NCBI RefSeq assembly: GCF_964213995.1
Contig: NW_027590882.1
Location: 1 to 64,000, forward strand
DNA from: Mustelus asterias
Lineage: Eukaryota
Direction of reading: 5' to 3'
DNA length: 64,000 bases
The notes under the pieces were generated by a model. The model had not been told where the DNA came from and made no database searches. It saw nothing but the letters and a program-made list of their open reading frames with translations. This document shows positions 36,512 to 48,530 of the stretch, one piece after another; the stretch's first letter is position 1, and each line of letters opens with the position of its first letter. Both the position numbers and the translations under genes were made by a program.

Positions 36512-36599
36512 AGATCTTCTTATTGGATCAAACCCTGTGCAACATATGAAAAGGCTAAGCTCATCTTTGGCAACGGGACCAGGCTGATTGTGGAACCCA
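36512..36599 (+). other. TRDJ: J segment 1 (TYEKAKLIFGNGTRLIVEP), 12-RSS, potentially functional
   Basis: AGATCTTCT-12-CCCTGTG (weak nonamer), FGxG motif, donor A|gtaagt at 36600. Confidence 0.88.
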
Positions 36600-37908
36600 G
36601 TAAGTAACTAATCCTGGATAATGATCTCTCAACATGTTATTTTATCCCCTGTGACTTAATTGAGACATACAATTATTTTAATGATCACTGTTGTTTTATG
36701 GATGAGCAGGGATCTTTGGGAATTGGAAGCGTAGCTTGACTGGGCACTTAGATTTTCCGAAGTATTTCCTTTAAACATTTAACTGGCCTCTATCATGACA
36801 ACACAAGTGCGCTGCCAACAGGGAGATATGTCAATGATCTGGCTGTATGTAGTGCAATTAAGTGACACCTCGATAAATAGCTGGAAGAGACTCACCCAGA
36901 TAGAGTCATAGGGTCATAGAAGGAGACAGCACTGGAAAAAGCCCTTCAGCGTAATGAGTGGCATAGATAGAGAAGACAGGAATATACTTTTCCCGTTACT
37001 TGAGAGAGCAGAGAGCAGCCAGGGACATAGATTTAAGGTAGGGGCAGGAGATTTAGCGGGGATGTGAAGAAAACGTTTTGACCCAAAGGGTGATGGGCGT
37101 CTGGGACTCACTGCCTGAAATGGTGATGGAGGCCGAGACCCTCTCAACATTTAAGAAGTATTTAGATATACATTTGTGATGTCATATCATACACGGCAAT
37201 GGGCCAAGTGCTGGAAAATGGGATTAGAATAGTTATTTGGTTTGTCTTTGACCGGCGGAGACATGATAGGCCCAAGGGCGTTTTCTGTGCAGTGGACTTC
37301 TCTGACTTTATGAATCTTTGCCTCAGACTATGAATAAAGAATATTTCAAATATCACTTCAGTGTGCAAATGAATCCATTATTGTGTATGAATTCTAGTGG
37401 TAGGGAACCTGTCTGAAATGCAAAGTCATGTTTGTGTTACCTATTTCAATGGAACCCAGAATTAGGACTGCAATCATCTATGCAGCCTTCTGGCATCAAA
37501 ATCACAGTTCTGAGTTACACTTATAAAGGTGGGGTGAGTTGGGATTGGGGGGAGGGGGTGGGTTGGGGCTCAATGGTGTAGATTTCCTTTAGTTCCAATT
37601 CTGAACGAAATCCCAAAAGCAGCATTTTTGTATGGATTTGAAAATTCCGTTCGAAAGTGAGCCAGGGAATTCTCTGCACGTGTTACCTCGCTTGGATGTG
37701 TACATTGAGAACTCCCAGCCAGTCACGCTCTGACTTATTTTCCTGGGAAATTAAGAGATGGATGACTTGGAAGATTGTAAAGGTTTCTGACTAACTTTTG
37801 ATCCAAACAAACTGCAGGAAATAGTATTCTGTAGCGAGACCTGCTTAACTGCCCTGAGCAATGACTAAAGCCCTTTTTGAATTTTGGCATGCATGCTCCA
37901 TGTCTTTA

Positions 37909-38000
37909 GGTTCTGACATGGAGAGTAATCGCAGTGTACGCTCGTGCTTCTTACAGACCATTAATATGCGGTGGTGGAACCAAATTGAGCGTGGAGCCAA
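37909..38000 (+). other. TRDJ: J segment 2 (YARASYRPLICGGGTKLSVEP), 12-RSS, Cys replaces Phe of FGxG
   Basis: GGTTCTGAC-12-CGCAGTG, coding 37937-38000, donor A|gtgagt. Confidence 0.85.
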
Positions 38001-38027
38001 GTGAGTAGAATCTATTGGCATCAATTA

Positions 38028-38365
38028 CGGGTGTCACGGTGGCACAGTGGTTAGCACTGCTGCCTCACAGCTCCAGCAATCCAGGTTCGAATCCAGGCTT
38101 GGGTTACTGTCTGTGTGGAGGTTGCACGTTCTCCCCGTGTCTGCGTGGGTTTCCGCCAGATTCTCTGGTTCCTCTCACAGTCCAAAGATGTGCGGGCTAT
38201 GTTTATTGGTCATGCTGAATTGCCCATTAGTGTCAGGGAATGTGTAGGTTAGAGGGATTAGTGGGGTAAATTTGTGGGAATAGGTCCTGGGGTGGGATTG
38301 TTGTCGGTGCAGACTCGATGGGCCGAATGGCCTCCTTCTACACTGTAGGGATTCTATGATCTATG
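38028..38365 (+). mobile_element. HE1-like SINE immediately after J2
   Basis: A/B boxes, core, and TTCTATGATCTATGA tail. Confidence 0.88.
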
Positions 38366-38830
38366 AATTTGAGAAGATTCAGTTTGCACTCAGAAGTTTT
38401 TGGCCTCATTGCAAAAGTGGGGAGAAAATTTGCCATTGTGACAAACGAACCTGATGAATTATACAATGATGAAGGAATGTGTCCTTTTCCACTTGCACAT
38501 AAAGAAGTTCCTCACACAACTAAGTATCTCACACGTACCAACTATTGATACCACAATACTTCAAAGAATAGTGATCCAACTTTTTTTAAAAAAAGAAAAC
38601 AATATTTCCTAATGCCAGACTGATTCCGGGATAGCAGGATTATTAGCTTTGTTTCTCTCTCGACACGTGCTGCCAGACGTACACAGTTTATCCAGAATTG
38701 TCTCTTTCTAATTTGCTATTTAATCGGTCGCACCTGTTTTGAGGGCAGATCGGTCATAAAATTATGCTAAGAGCATGTACTCCCCAGGGTTCTGAAATAG
38801 CTGAAGTCTCTGTGGCCTGCCCCAGTGGAA

Positions 38831-38921
38831 GCTTTCTGCTTGGGCAATAGTCACTGTGTGTATATTGCTGATAATGAAAAACTGATATTCGGCAGCGGCA
38901 CCCGACTGCAGGTTGTGCCAA
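38831..38921 (+). other. TRDJ: J segment 3 (YIADNEKLIFGSGTRLQVVP), 12-RSS, potentially functional
   Basis: GCTTTCTGC-12-CACTGTG, FGSG motif, donor A|gtaagt. Confidence 0.9.
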
Positions 38922-40480
38922 GTAAGTGCGAGTCCACCTTCATTTCCTCCCATTAGATACAGATTTCTGCTGAATGGTGTCGGGTGAAAGGCCGGTAAAG
39001 AGCCAAGGCAGTGCTTGGAATGAAGGAGAAGCCATTGCACCAATCAATTAAGCTATTAGGCACCGAGTATCGAGGTCAGCTCACTGTTCATTAAGCCGTG
39101 TCATCAACACCAGTTGAAACATTAGGCATCAGTGATGTGACATCGAACTGAAATTGGGTTACTAATAGGATAGAAAATGCCCATTTAGCAGGTTGAGTCA
39201 AATGCCCACTGATTTGAGTAATTATCTACATATATTTCATTTTCAAGCTTGTCTTTGTTAAAACTAATAATCTTGCTAAAACTATACAAGGTACGATTTA
39301 GACCACATCTGGAACACTGTCCCCTTACATTAGGAAACCTATACTGGCATTGGAGGCAGTTCAGGGAAGGCCACTACTTTGATCCCAGGTATGGATATGT
39401 TTTTTCGGAGAGTTTGAGTATGTTGGGCCTCTACTTAGTGGAGTTTAGAAGCATGCGATGTGACCTTATTGAGACTTATTGGATTCTCAGGGGACATGAC
39501 AAGGTTAGATGCTGAGACGTTATTACCTCTTGTAGGACCAGAGGTCATAATCCCAAAGTATGAGGTTGCCCATTTATATGATGAAGATTTTCTTCTTTCA
39601 AGCCAGCAGTGAATCTGTGGAATCATTTACCGCAGAGAGCTGTACAGGTTGAATGTTCAGATTTTTAACCCACAGGGCAATCGAGGGTTACGAGGATACA
39701 ACGGGAAAGAGGTATTCAGAATTATCACATCAGCTAATTCATGATCTCATTGAATGACCGATGGGCCAAATGGCATCCTTCTGCCCCGTCGTCCTATGGT
39801 CTCCGGTCTTTGTTAAACTGCTGACACGAATGCATGCTTGAAATAAGGCTTCAAAGTGAAATGTTGGTCAACGATTATCAACAACAGGTTGATGTTTTGA
39901 ACCAGGTGTTATAGTTCAAATTAAAGGGTCACTCCTTTAAAGACAGATATGAGGAGACTTTTTTCTCTCTTAAAGAGTAGTGAGTCTCGTCATCTCTCTT
40001 CTTCAAACATCAAGGGGAACAGGGCCTTTGATTATTTTAAACACAGCTAGATAGATTCTTGATTAACAAGGGATAAACGGTGATCGGGAGTAGGCAGGAA
40101 TGTGGGGGTGAGGTTACAATCAGATCAGTCATGATCTTACTGAATAGCGGTTAGGCTAGAGTGGCCAGTGCCTTACTCCGACTCCCACTTTGCATGTTCG
40201 TATGTGTTGATGTCAAACTTTTTTCCCAGGATTTGTGTCTCCTGGGTGTTCAGGGAGAAGTACCGGTGAAGATGGAAATTGTGAAACACAGTCAATTCAT
40301 TATCCAAATATTGTTCCCTGATATAGTCAAAAAAACAGTGGGAGCTAAGTGTGAGGGAGAGGGAGGGAACGGTTATATTTGGTTCAGGAGAGAAGCTAAT
40401 TAAAAGAAGTGACATGATACAAACTGAATGTGAGCTAGCCCTGTGTTCATATGGCTGGGTCGATATTTTGTTGTAGCTGT

Positions 40481-40538
40481 TACTACCGAACTGAGAAGCT
40501 TGTCTTTGGCAAAGGGACCAAACTCACTGTGGAGCCCA
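40481..40538 (+). other. TRDJ: J segment 4 (YYRTEKLVFGKGTKLTVEP), intact coding and donor but no recognisable RSS
   Basis: FGKG motif and A|gtaagt are present. No heptamer ending in GTG sits directly upstream. Confidence 0.8.
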
Positions 40539-41172
40539 GTAAGTCCTCAACTATCTTCCATCATGATCTGCTTACATTAGGATGACAATCAATATTTACA
40601 GTTCCAAACATATCACCAAGTCGTGTTTTAAAAAAAAATCAGTACACGCTTAAAGGGAGGAGATGCAATATAATGGCCATTCATAACTTGGGGAGGTCTT
40701 GTGGTGCAATGGGCTAGAATCCCTACCTCTGAGCTAGAAACGCCGGGTCCGAGTCCCTACCCTTGGACTTGATGAACAAGAAAGGTGAGAAAGCAACGCT
40801 GCCAAAGATTGGGAGTGAGAGGGAGACTCCTGCTCAGCCACGCTTGATGTGTAGTATGGCTCTCTCAAGCTCTAAACCCTTCGCAAAAGCCGAGCGACGT
40901 GTTGCAGCAATAGCTATCACTGAAGGCAGAAGAATTCTGCCTAAATGCACCACTCGGTGCGGAGAGGCAACTTGGCTTTAAATTTGGCCTTGGATGTGCT
41001 TAGCTTTGTAGAATGTTATCAGATGTATTGTTCATCTCTTGGCGATAGATAATTTTTAAGGTTTACCATTCGCACATCATGGCAGTTGTTGAGGCTCCCA
41101 CTGACATCAGTGAATATGCCAGTGTCCTTGCTGTGTACACTGGATGGAATCTGAATGAGCTGATGCACTGGT

Positions 41173-41266
41173 AGCTTTCTGCTGGTAACTAGTCACGGTG
41201 CTCATTACTATGACGGTACTTATAAACTCGTCTTTGGCTACGGGAAACAACTGAATGTTGTGCCAA
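41173..41266 (+). pseudogene. TRDJ: J pseudogene 5 (HYYDGTYKLVFGYGKQLNVVP), splice donor lost
   Basis: Heptamer CACGGTG 41194-41200 with GCTTTCTGC-like nonamer. Donor reads ataagt. Confidence 0.82.
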
Positions 41267-41389
41267 ATAAGTGCCAGGTGATTTCTCTTTACCCTTCGAT
41301 GGATATTTCTGCAGAATCCATGTCTGGCGAATGGTGACAAAGAGGGAAAGTAACGCTTAAAATTAAAAACAAGCTGTTAGATGGATTTA

Positions 41390-42500
41390 TGTATCATTAG
41401 ATAATTAATTAGAACGATAGAGATCCAGAGGATATAATCAGCAAATTCGTAGATGATACACAAATTGGTGGTGTGGTAAATAGCGAGGAGGAAAGCCTTA
41501 CATTACAGGTCGATATTGAAGGACTGGTCAAATGGGCAGAGCAGTGGAAAATTGAAATTTAACTCTAAAAAGTGTAAGCTGATGTATTTTGGGAGGACTA
41601 ACAGGGCCAGGGAATATACAGAAGTTAATTGAAACTGCATGGAAGGAAAGTTAAACTGCTAGCTATGTCTTGTACTTTTTGAAATAGAGTACAGCAAATA
41701 AAGCAAAAGGGTTAAATGGGGATGGATTTCAGGGAGAGGAATAGTTCTATTTTTGCTTTGGAGATCACCTGGCATTACAATTTGAATCCCAATCGATGGT
41801 CAAATCACCAGGTCAAGCAGGTCAAAAACAACCTCTTGCAATACTGTCAGCACGGGAGTTACGGATTTGTGTAGCATCTTCCATGATTGGCCAGAACATT
41901 GATTACAGGAGTTGGGACGTTTTGTTGAAGTTGTACAAGACATTGGTAAGGTCACATTTGGAATACTGTGTACAATTCTGGTCACCCGATTATAGAAAGT
42001 ATATTATTAAACTAGAAAGAGTGCAGAAAAGATTTACTAGGATGCGACCGGGACTTGATGGTTTGAGGCTGGATAGACTGGGACTTTTTTATCTGGAGTG
42101 TAGAAGATTGAGGTGTGATCTTTAGCGGTTAATAAAATAATGAGGGGTATAGATCAGCTCGATAGTCAGTTTCTTTCCCCAAAGGTAGGGACGTCTAAAA
42201 CTAGAGGGCATAGGTTTATGGTGAGAGGGGCGAGATACAAATGTGTCCAGAGCGGCAATTATGTCACGCAGAGGGTGGTGAATGTCTGGAACAAGCTGCC
42301 AGAGGTAGTAGTAGAGGCGGGTACAATTTTGTCTTTTAGAAAGCATTTAGACAGTTATATTGGTAAGATGGGTACAGAGGAATATGGGCCAAATGCAGGC
42401 AATTGGGATTAGCTTAGGGGTTTAAAAAAAGGCTTCATAGACAAGTTAGGCCGAAGGGCCTGTTTCCATGCTGTAAACCTCTATGAATCTCTGACTCTAT
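41390..42500 (+). mobile_element. CR1/HER1-like LINE fragments
   Basis: LYKTLVRSHLEYCVQFWSP, TRGHRF, and CTCTATGA tail. Confidence 0.82.
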
Positions 42501-42507
42501 GATTGTA

Positions 42508-42567
42508 TCATCCCCACATCTGAAAGGCCGATCCTTGGTACTTGAACAAAACTCACTGTGGAACCTC
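42508..42567 (+). pseudogene. TRDJ: J pseudogene 6 (PTSERPILGT*TKLTVEP)
   Basis: In-frame TGA in the GxG motif, poor donor, and the RSS position is occupied by a LINE 3' tail (ctctatga repeats). Confidence 0.65.
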
Positions 42568-42847
42568 GCATGCATCCTCACAAAGTGCAATGGTCTCACC
42601 CAGCATTTACAGAAAATCTGAACCATATTTGCTGAGATTGTAAAGTGGATAGAAATATATGACATATGGAGCTAACAGGCAAGGAGTGGGAATTAAATGT
42701 AAATTGGTGGATGGGGCGAACATATTTATTTCAGGATATAACCTGCCCTGACTATTGAAGTCAGCAGAATCTGAAATTGAACTCAAAACTCAAACTCAGG
42801 ATAAATAAAATATAAATGAATCTTATATTTCTGCTCAGGTGTTTGTA

Positions 42848-42934
42848 CTTTTTGCCGCATTATGTACACATGTACTAGCACCAGAACTTTGAATCTTATC
42901 TTTGGCAGAGGAAACAAATTCACTGCGCAATCCA
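42848..42934 (+). pseudogene. TRDJ: J pseudogene 7 (STRTLNLIFGRGNKFTAQS)
   Basis: FGRG motif, degenerate RSS, donor ataagt. Paralog of J8. Confidence 0.75.
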
Positions 42935-43450
42935 ATAAGTGGTTTTAAATTTTCAGTTTGGACCTGGTTAGAGTATGAGTAACTGAAGTTACCTCGTTTT
43001 TTTGTTGCGTCGGAAATGGGCATTGCTGGCTAGGCCAGCACTTACATAGCCTGTCCCTCAATGTGGAAGGCAGTGGTGAGCTGCCTTCTTGAACCTGCTG
43101 CACTCGTCCATGTGTTGTGTGTATCATTCCATTCCTGCCTACAAAACATTTCCATTCTGTACAGAGATTGTGGGGAGTGTGGTGGCCAATGGCTACTTGA
43201 AGTTAGCAAGTGCATTAAGTTTCTGACCATTCTTTCCCTCAAAGTTCCTTTTTGCACGATGCAAGTAAATAATTTATTGACCTATTACGTTCAAATGGGT
43301 GGGAAGTGAGGGGGGAGACATTTATATTTTTCGCTGGATATAACCTGCCCTGGCTATTGAAGTCAGCAAAATCTGAAATTGAATTCAAACTCAAACTTAG
43401 GAGACATATAATATAAATAAATCATTCTTCTGCTCATGTGGTTGGGTTTA

Positions 43451-43538
43451 GTTTTTTGTCCCATTGTGTACAGATGTGCTGGCACCAGAACTTTGTAACT
43501 TGTCTTTGGCAGAGGCAACAAATTCACTTTGCGACCCA
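43451..43538 (+). pseudogene. TRDJ: J pseudogene 8 (GTRTL*LVFGRGNKFTLRP)
   Basis: GTTTTTTGT-12-AGATGTG, in-frame TAA, donor ataaga. Confidence 0.78.
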
Positions 43539-43711
43539 ATAAGACATTTGAAAACGTCAGTTTGGATCTGGTTGGAACATAAGTAATTGACCTTTCCTTA
43601 AAGGTTCTCAAGGGCTCACCCTCTTGTGAACTTTGTATATTCCCCTGCCTCCGAATTAATGAGTATGCTTCATCATTACTAAAGGACATCTGCAACTTCA
43701 CTCCAATGGAA

Positions 43712-43789
43712 GGTCTATGTCTGTGCCCTTTATACTATACATTATGACTATACTGTGAAGCTGCGGCACCCAGTTGACAGTTGTGCCAA
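43712..43789 (+). pseudogene. TRDJ: J pseudogene 9 (FG region deleted; ...GTQLTVVP)
   Basis: GGTCTATGT-12-TACTATA degenerate RSS. The 3' half and A|gtgagt donor match J10, with an internal deletion or frameshift. Confidence 0.72.
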
Positions 43790-43934
43790 GTGAGTACGAT
43801 TGGAAGTTACTCTCATTCTGTTTCATGTCGATTATCTTTTCGCTATATTGTGTCTGACAAATAGCAACCAGGGCAACGATACAACGTATTACATGAAATA
43901 CAAGTGAAGGCATTCTGTCCGTAAAATGAACTTC

Positions 43935-46880
43935 AGAAAGATAGAACATGGAACATTACATCGCAGTACAGGCCCTTCGGCCTTCGATGTTGCGCCGACC
44001 AGTGAAACCAATCTAAAGCCCATCTATCCTCCACTATTCCAAAATCATCCATATGTTTATCCAATGACCATTTAAATGCCCTTAATGTTGGCGAGTCCAC
44101 TACTGCTGCAGGCAGAGCATTCCATGCCCTCACTAATCTCTGAGTGAAGAACCTACCTCTGACATCTGTCCTAAATCTATCACCCCTCAATTTAAAGCTA
44201 TGTGCCCTCGTGCTAGCTATCACCATCCGAGGAAAAAGGCTCTCACTATCCACCCTATCTAATCCTCTGATCATTTTGTATGCCTCTATTAAGTCACCTC
44301 TTAACCTTCTTCTCTCTAACGAATACAACCTCAAGTCCCTCAGCCTTTCCTCATAAGACCTTCCTACCATACCAGGCAACATCCTAGTAAATCTCCTCTG
44401 CACCCTTTCCAATGCTTCCACATCCCTCCTACAATGCGGCGACCAGAACTGTACGCAATACTCCAAGTGCGGACGCACCAGAGTTTTGTACAGCTGCAAC
44501 ATGACCTCCTGGCTACGAAACTCAATCCCTCTATCAATAAAAGCGAACACTCTGTACACCTCCTTAACAACCCTATCAACCTGGGTGCCAACTTTCAGGG
44601 ATCTATGCACATGGACACCGAGATTTCTCTGCTCATCCACACTACCAAGTATTTACCATTAGCCCAGTACTCTGTATTCCTGTTACTCCTTCCAAAGTGA
44701 ATCACCTCACACTTTTCCGCATTGACCTCCATTTGCCACCTCTCAGCCCAGCACTGCAGCTTATCTATGTCCCTCTGTAACCTGCAACAACCTTCTGCAC
44801 TGTCCACAACTCCACTGACTTTAGTGTCATCCGCAAATTTACTAACCCATCCTTCTTCGCCCTCATCCAGGTCATTTATAAAAATGACAAACAGCAGTGG
44901 CCCCAAAACAGATCCTTGCGGTACACCACTAGTAACTGAACTCCAGGATAAACATTTCCCATCAACGACCACCCTCTGTCTTCTTACAACTCGCCAATTC
45001 CTGATCCAAACTGCTAAATCACCCTCAATCCCATGCCTCCGTATCTTCTGCAATAGCTTACCGTGGGGAAACTTATCAAACGCTTTACTGAAATCCATAT
45101 ACACCACATCAATTGCTTAACCCTCATCCACCTCTTTGGTCACCTTCTCAAAGAACTCAGCAAGGTTTGTGAGGCACGACCTACCCTTCATAAAACCGTG
45201 TTGACTATCCCTAATCAAATTATTCCTTTCTAGATTATTATAAATCCTATCTCTTATAATCCTTTCCAAAACTTTGCCCACAACAGAAGTAAGGCTCACT
45301 GGTCTATAATTACCAGGGTTGCCTCTACTCCCCTTCTTGTTGTGGTGTATATGGATTTCAGCAAAGCGTTTGATAAGGTTCCCCGTAGTAAGCTTTTGCA
45401 GAAAATACGGACACATGGGATTGAGGGTGATTGAGTGGTTTGGATCAGGAATTGGCTAGCTGTAAGAAAACAGAGGGTGGTGGTTGATGGGAAATATTCA
45501 TCCTGGAGTTCAGTTACTAGTGGTGTACCGCAAGGATCTGTTTTGGGGCCACTGCTGTTTGTCATTTTTATTAATGACTTGGATGAGGGCGTGGAAGGAT
45601 GGATTAGTAAATTTGCGGATGACACTAAAGTCGGTGGAGTTGTAGACAGTGCGGAGGGAAGTGACAGGTGACAGAGGGATATAGATAAGCTGCAGAGCTG
45701 GGCTGAGAGGTGGCAAATGGAGTTTAATGCGGAAAGGTGTGAGGTGATTCACTTTGGAAGGAGTAACAGGAATACAGAGTACTGGGCTAATGGTAAGATA
45801 CTTGGTAGTGTGGATGAACAGAGGGATCTGGGTGTCCATGTGCATAGATCCCTGAAAGTTGGCACCCAGGTTGATAGGGTTGTTAAGAAGGCGTATGGTG
45901 TGTTAGCTTTTATTGGTGGAGGGATTGAGTTTCTGAGCCAGGAGCTCATGCTGCAACTGTACAAAACTCTGGTGCGGCCGCATTTGGAGTATTGCGTACA
46001 GTTCTGGTCGCCATATTATAGGAAAGATGTGGAAGTGTTGGAAAGGGTGCAGAGGAGATTTACCAGGATGTTGCCTGGTATGGTGGGAAAATCGTATGAG
46101 GAAAGGCTGAGGGGCTTGAGGTTGTTTTCGTTAGAGAGAAGAAGGTTAAGAGGTGACTTAATAGAGGCATGCAAGATGATCAGAGGATTAGATAGGGTGG
46201 ATAGTGAGAGCCTTTTTCTTCGGATGGTGTTGGCTAGCACGAGGGGACATAGCTTTAAATTGAGGGGTGAGAGATATAGGACAGATGTTAGAGGTAGGTT
46301 CTTTACTCAGAGAGTAGTAAGGGCGTGGAATGCCCTGCCTGCAGCAGTGGTGGACTCGTCAACGTTGAGAGCGTTCAAGTGGATAAACATATGGATGATA
46401 TTGGAATAGTGTAGATTAGAGGGGCTTTAGATTGGTACCACTGGTCGGCGCAACATCGAGGGCCGAAGGGCCTGTACTGCACTGTAATGTTCTATGTTCT
46501 ATATTCTTGAACAAGGGGACAACATTTGCTATCCTCCAGTCTTCTGACACTATTCCTGTAGTCAATGACGACATAAAGGTCAAAGCCAAAGGCTCTGCAA
46601 TCTCCTCCCTAGCCTCCCAGAGAATCCTGGGATAAATCCTATCCGGCCCAGGGGACTTATCTATTTTCACACTGCCCAGAATTGCTAACGCCTCCTCCTT
46701 ATTAACCTCAATCCCGTCTAGTCCAATAGCCTGTATCTCAGTATTCTCCTCGACAACATTGTCTTTTTCCTGCGTGAATACTGACGAAAAATATTCATTT
46801 AGCGCCTCTCCTATCTCTTCAGGCTCCACGCACAACTTCCCATTACTGTCCTTGACTGGCCCTAATCTTACCCTTGTCAT
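43935..46880. mobile_element. Minus-strand CR1 LINE (43935-45339 + 46503-46880) with an antiparallel same-family copy nested at 45340-46502
   Basis: Host frame ..WRIANVVPLFK|KGSRGNPGNYRPVSLTS is split by the insert. TTCTTG is present at both junctions. Confidence 0.88.
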
Positions 46881-47249
46881 TCCCTAGTCATTACCCTCGA
46901 TAGATGGATAGCGAGCTCAGATCTCAATGCTTAGTTAGACATGCCGCAGGTGGCAGACCAATCTCTGGGCCTCAGCAATGTGACAGACATGGATGTGCGA
47001 CTCACTGGGTGACCTTGCATCCTGGTGAAGTTATGTAACTGGAGGGAAGCGATGTCCTGCTCGTATTACCGCAAAATTATTAACTCCGAAACTCAGCGAA
47101 TATGTGAGGGACCTGGGTTCGAATCCCGTCATGGCAGATAGTGGAATTTGAATTCAATAATCTGGAATTAAGAATCTACTGGTGACCAGGAAAACCATTG
47201 TCGATTGTCGGAAAAACCCATCTGGTTCATTAATTTCCTCTCGGGAAGG

Positions 47250-48530
47250 AAACATAGGAACATTGAAAATGGGAGCAGGAAGGGGCGTTTGGCCTTTCAA
47301 GCATGATCTGCCATTTATTATGATCATGGTTGATCATCCACTCAATAGCCTAATCCTGCTTTCTCCCCATTAACCTTTGATCCCATTCGCTTCAAGTGCT
47401 ATATCCAGCCGCTTCTTGAATACATTCAATCTTTTGGCAACAACTACTTCCTGTGGTAATAAATTTCACAGGCTCACCACTCTTTGGGTTAAGAAATGTC
47501 TCCTCACCTCCGTCCTAAATGGTCTACCCGGAATCCTCAGACCCCTGGTTCTGGACTCCCGCACCATCGGGAATATCCTCTCTTCATCTACTATGCCTTG
47601 TCCTGTTCGAATTTTATAAGTCTCTATGAGATCCATTGTCATCCCTTTAAGTAAGTCTCCCTAATCTATGAAGGCCAAATCACGCCTCATATCTTCATAG
47701 TCTCCTTGATTAAGATTCAGCACAGTAGTCTCCGAGTCAACTACTTCACTCTCCACCTTGATAAAAAATTCTCTCATGTTTTGTTCACTCATCCCCAAGG
47801 GGTCTTGCACAGCTCGATTGGCAATTATTACCTTCTCACGACACAGTACCCAGTCTAAGGTGACCTGCTCCCTCGTTGGTTCCTTCACATATTGGTCAGG
47901 GAAACTATCCCGTATCCGGTCCAGGAAATCCTTCTCTACAGCATTGTGGCTAATTTGATTTACTCAATCAACGTGCGGATTAAAATCACCCTTGATCACA
48001 TGTATTTCTAATTTCGTGTTTAATGCCATTTCCAACATCACCACTGCAGTTTCGCGGTCTGTATATGACACCCACTGATGTTTTCTGCCCCTTGGTATCT
48101 CTCAACTCTACCCATATAGACTCCACATTATCAGAGCTAATATCGGTTCTCACCAGTTTGTTAATTTCCTCTTTAACCAGCAGTGCCGCTCCACCACCTT
48201 TTCCTTTATGCCTGTCCTTCCTAAATACTGAATACCCTGGGACATTCAGTTCCCATTCTTGGGAACCCTGCAGCCGTGTCTCCATAATTCCAATTATAGC
48301 ATGCCCATTTATATCTATCTGCAAGATTAGTTCATCCACTCTATTGCCAATGCTCCGCGCATTAAGGCACAGAGCCTTTCAGCTTGTCTTTTTAACATTA
48401 ATTGTCTCGTTTTTGAATTTTGTCCTTGGTTTCTCTGTATATCATTTTTCGTATTCCCTTTTCCACCTCTTGATTTTATCCTTGTTCCCTCCTTCTCTGA
48501 CTCCTTACATAATTTCCCAACCACCTGGCA
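47250..48530 (-). mobile_element. CR1-like LINE fragments incl. endonuclease region
   Basis: IIGIxETxL, FRKDR..GGG.ALLVKE, GVIYRP motifs. Confidence 0.78.
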
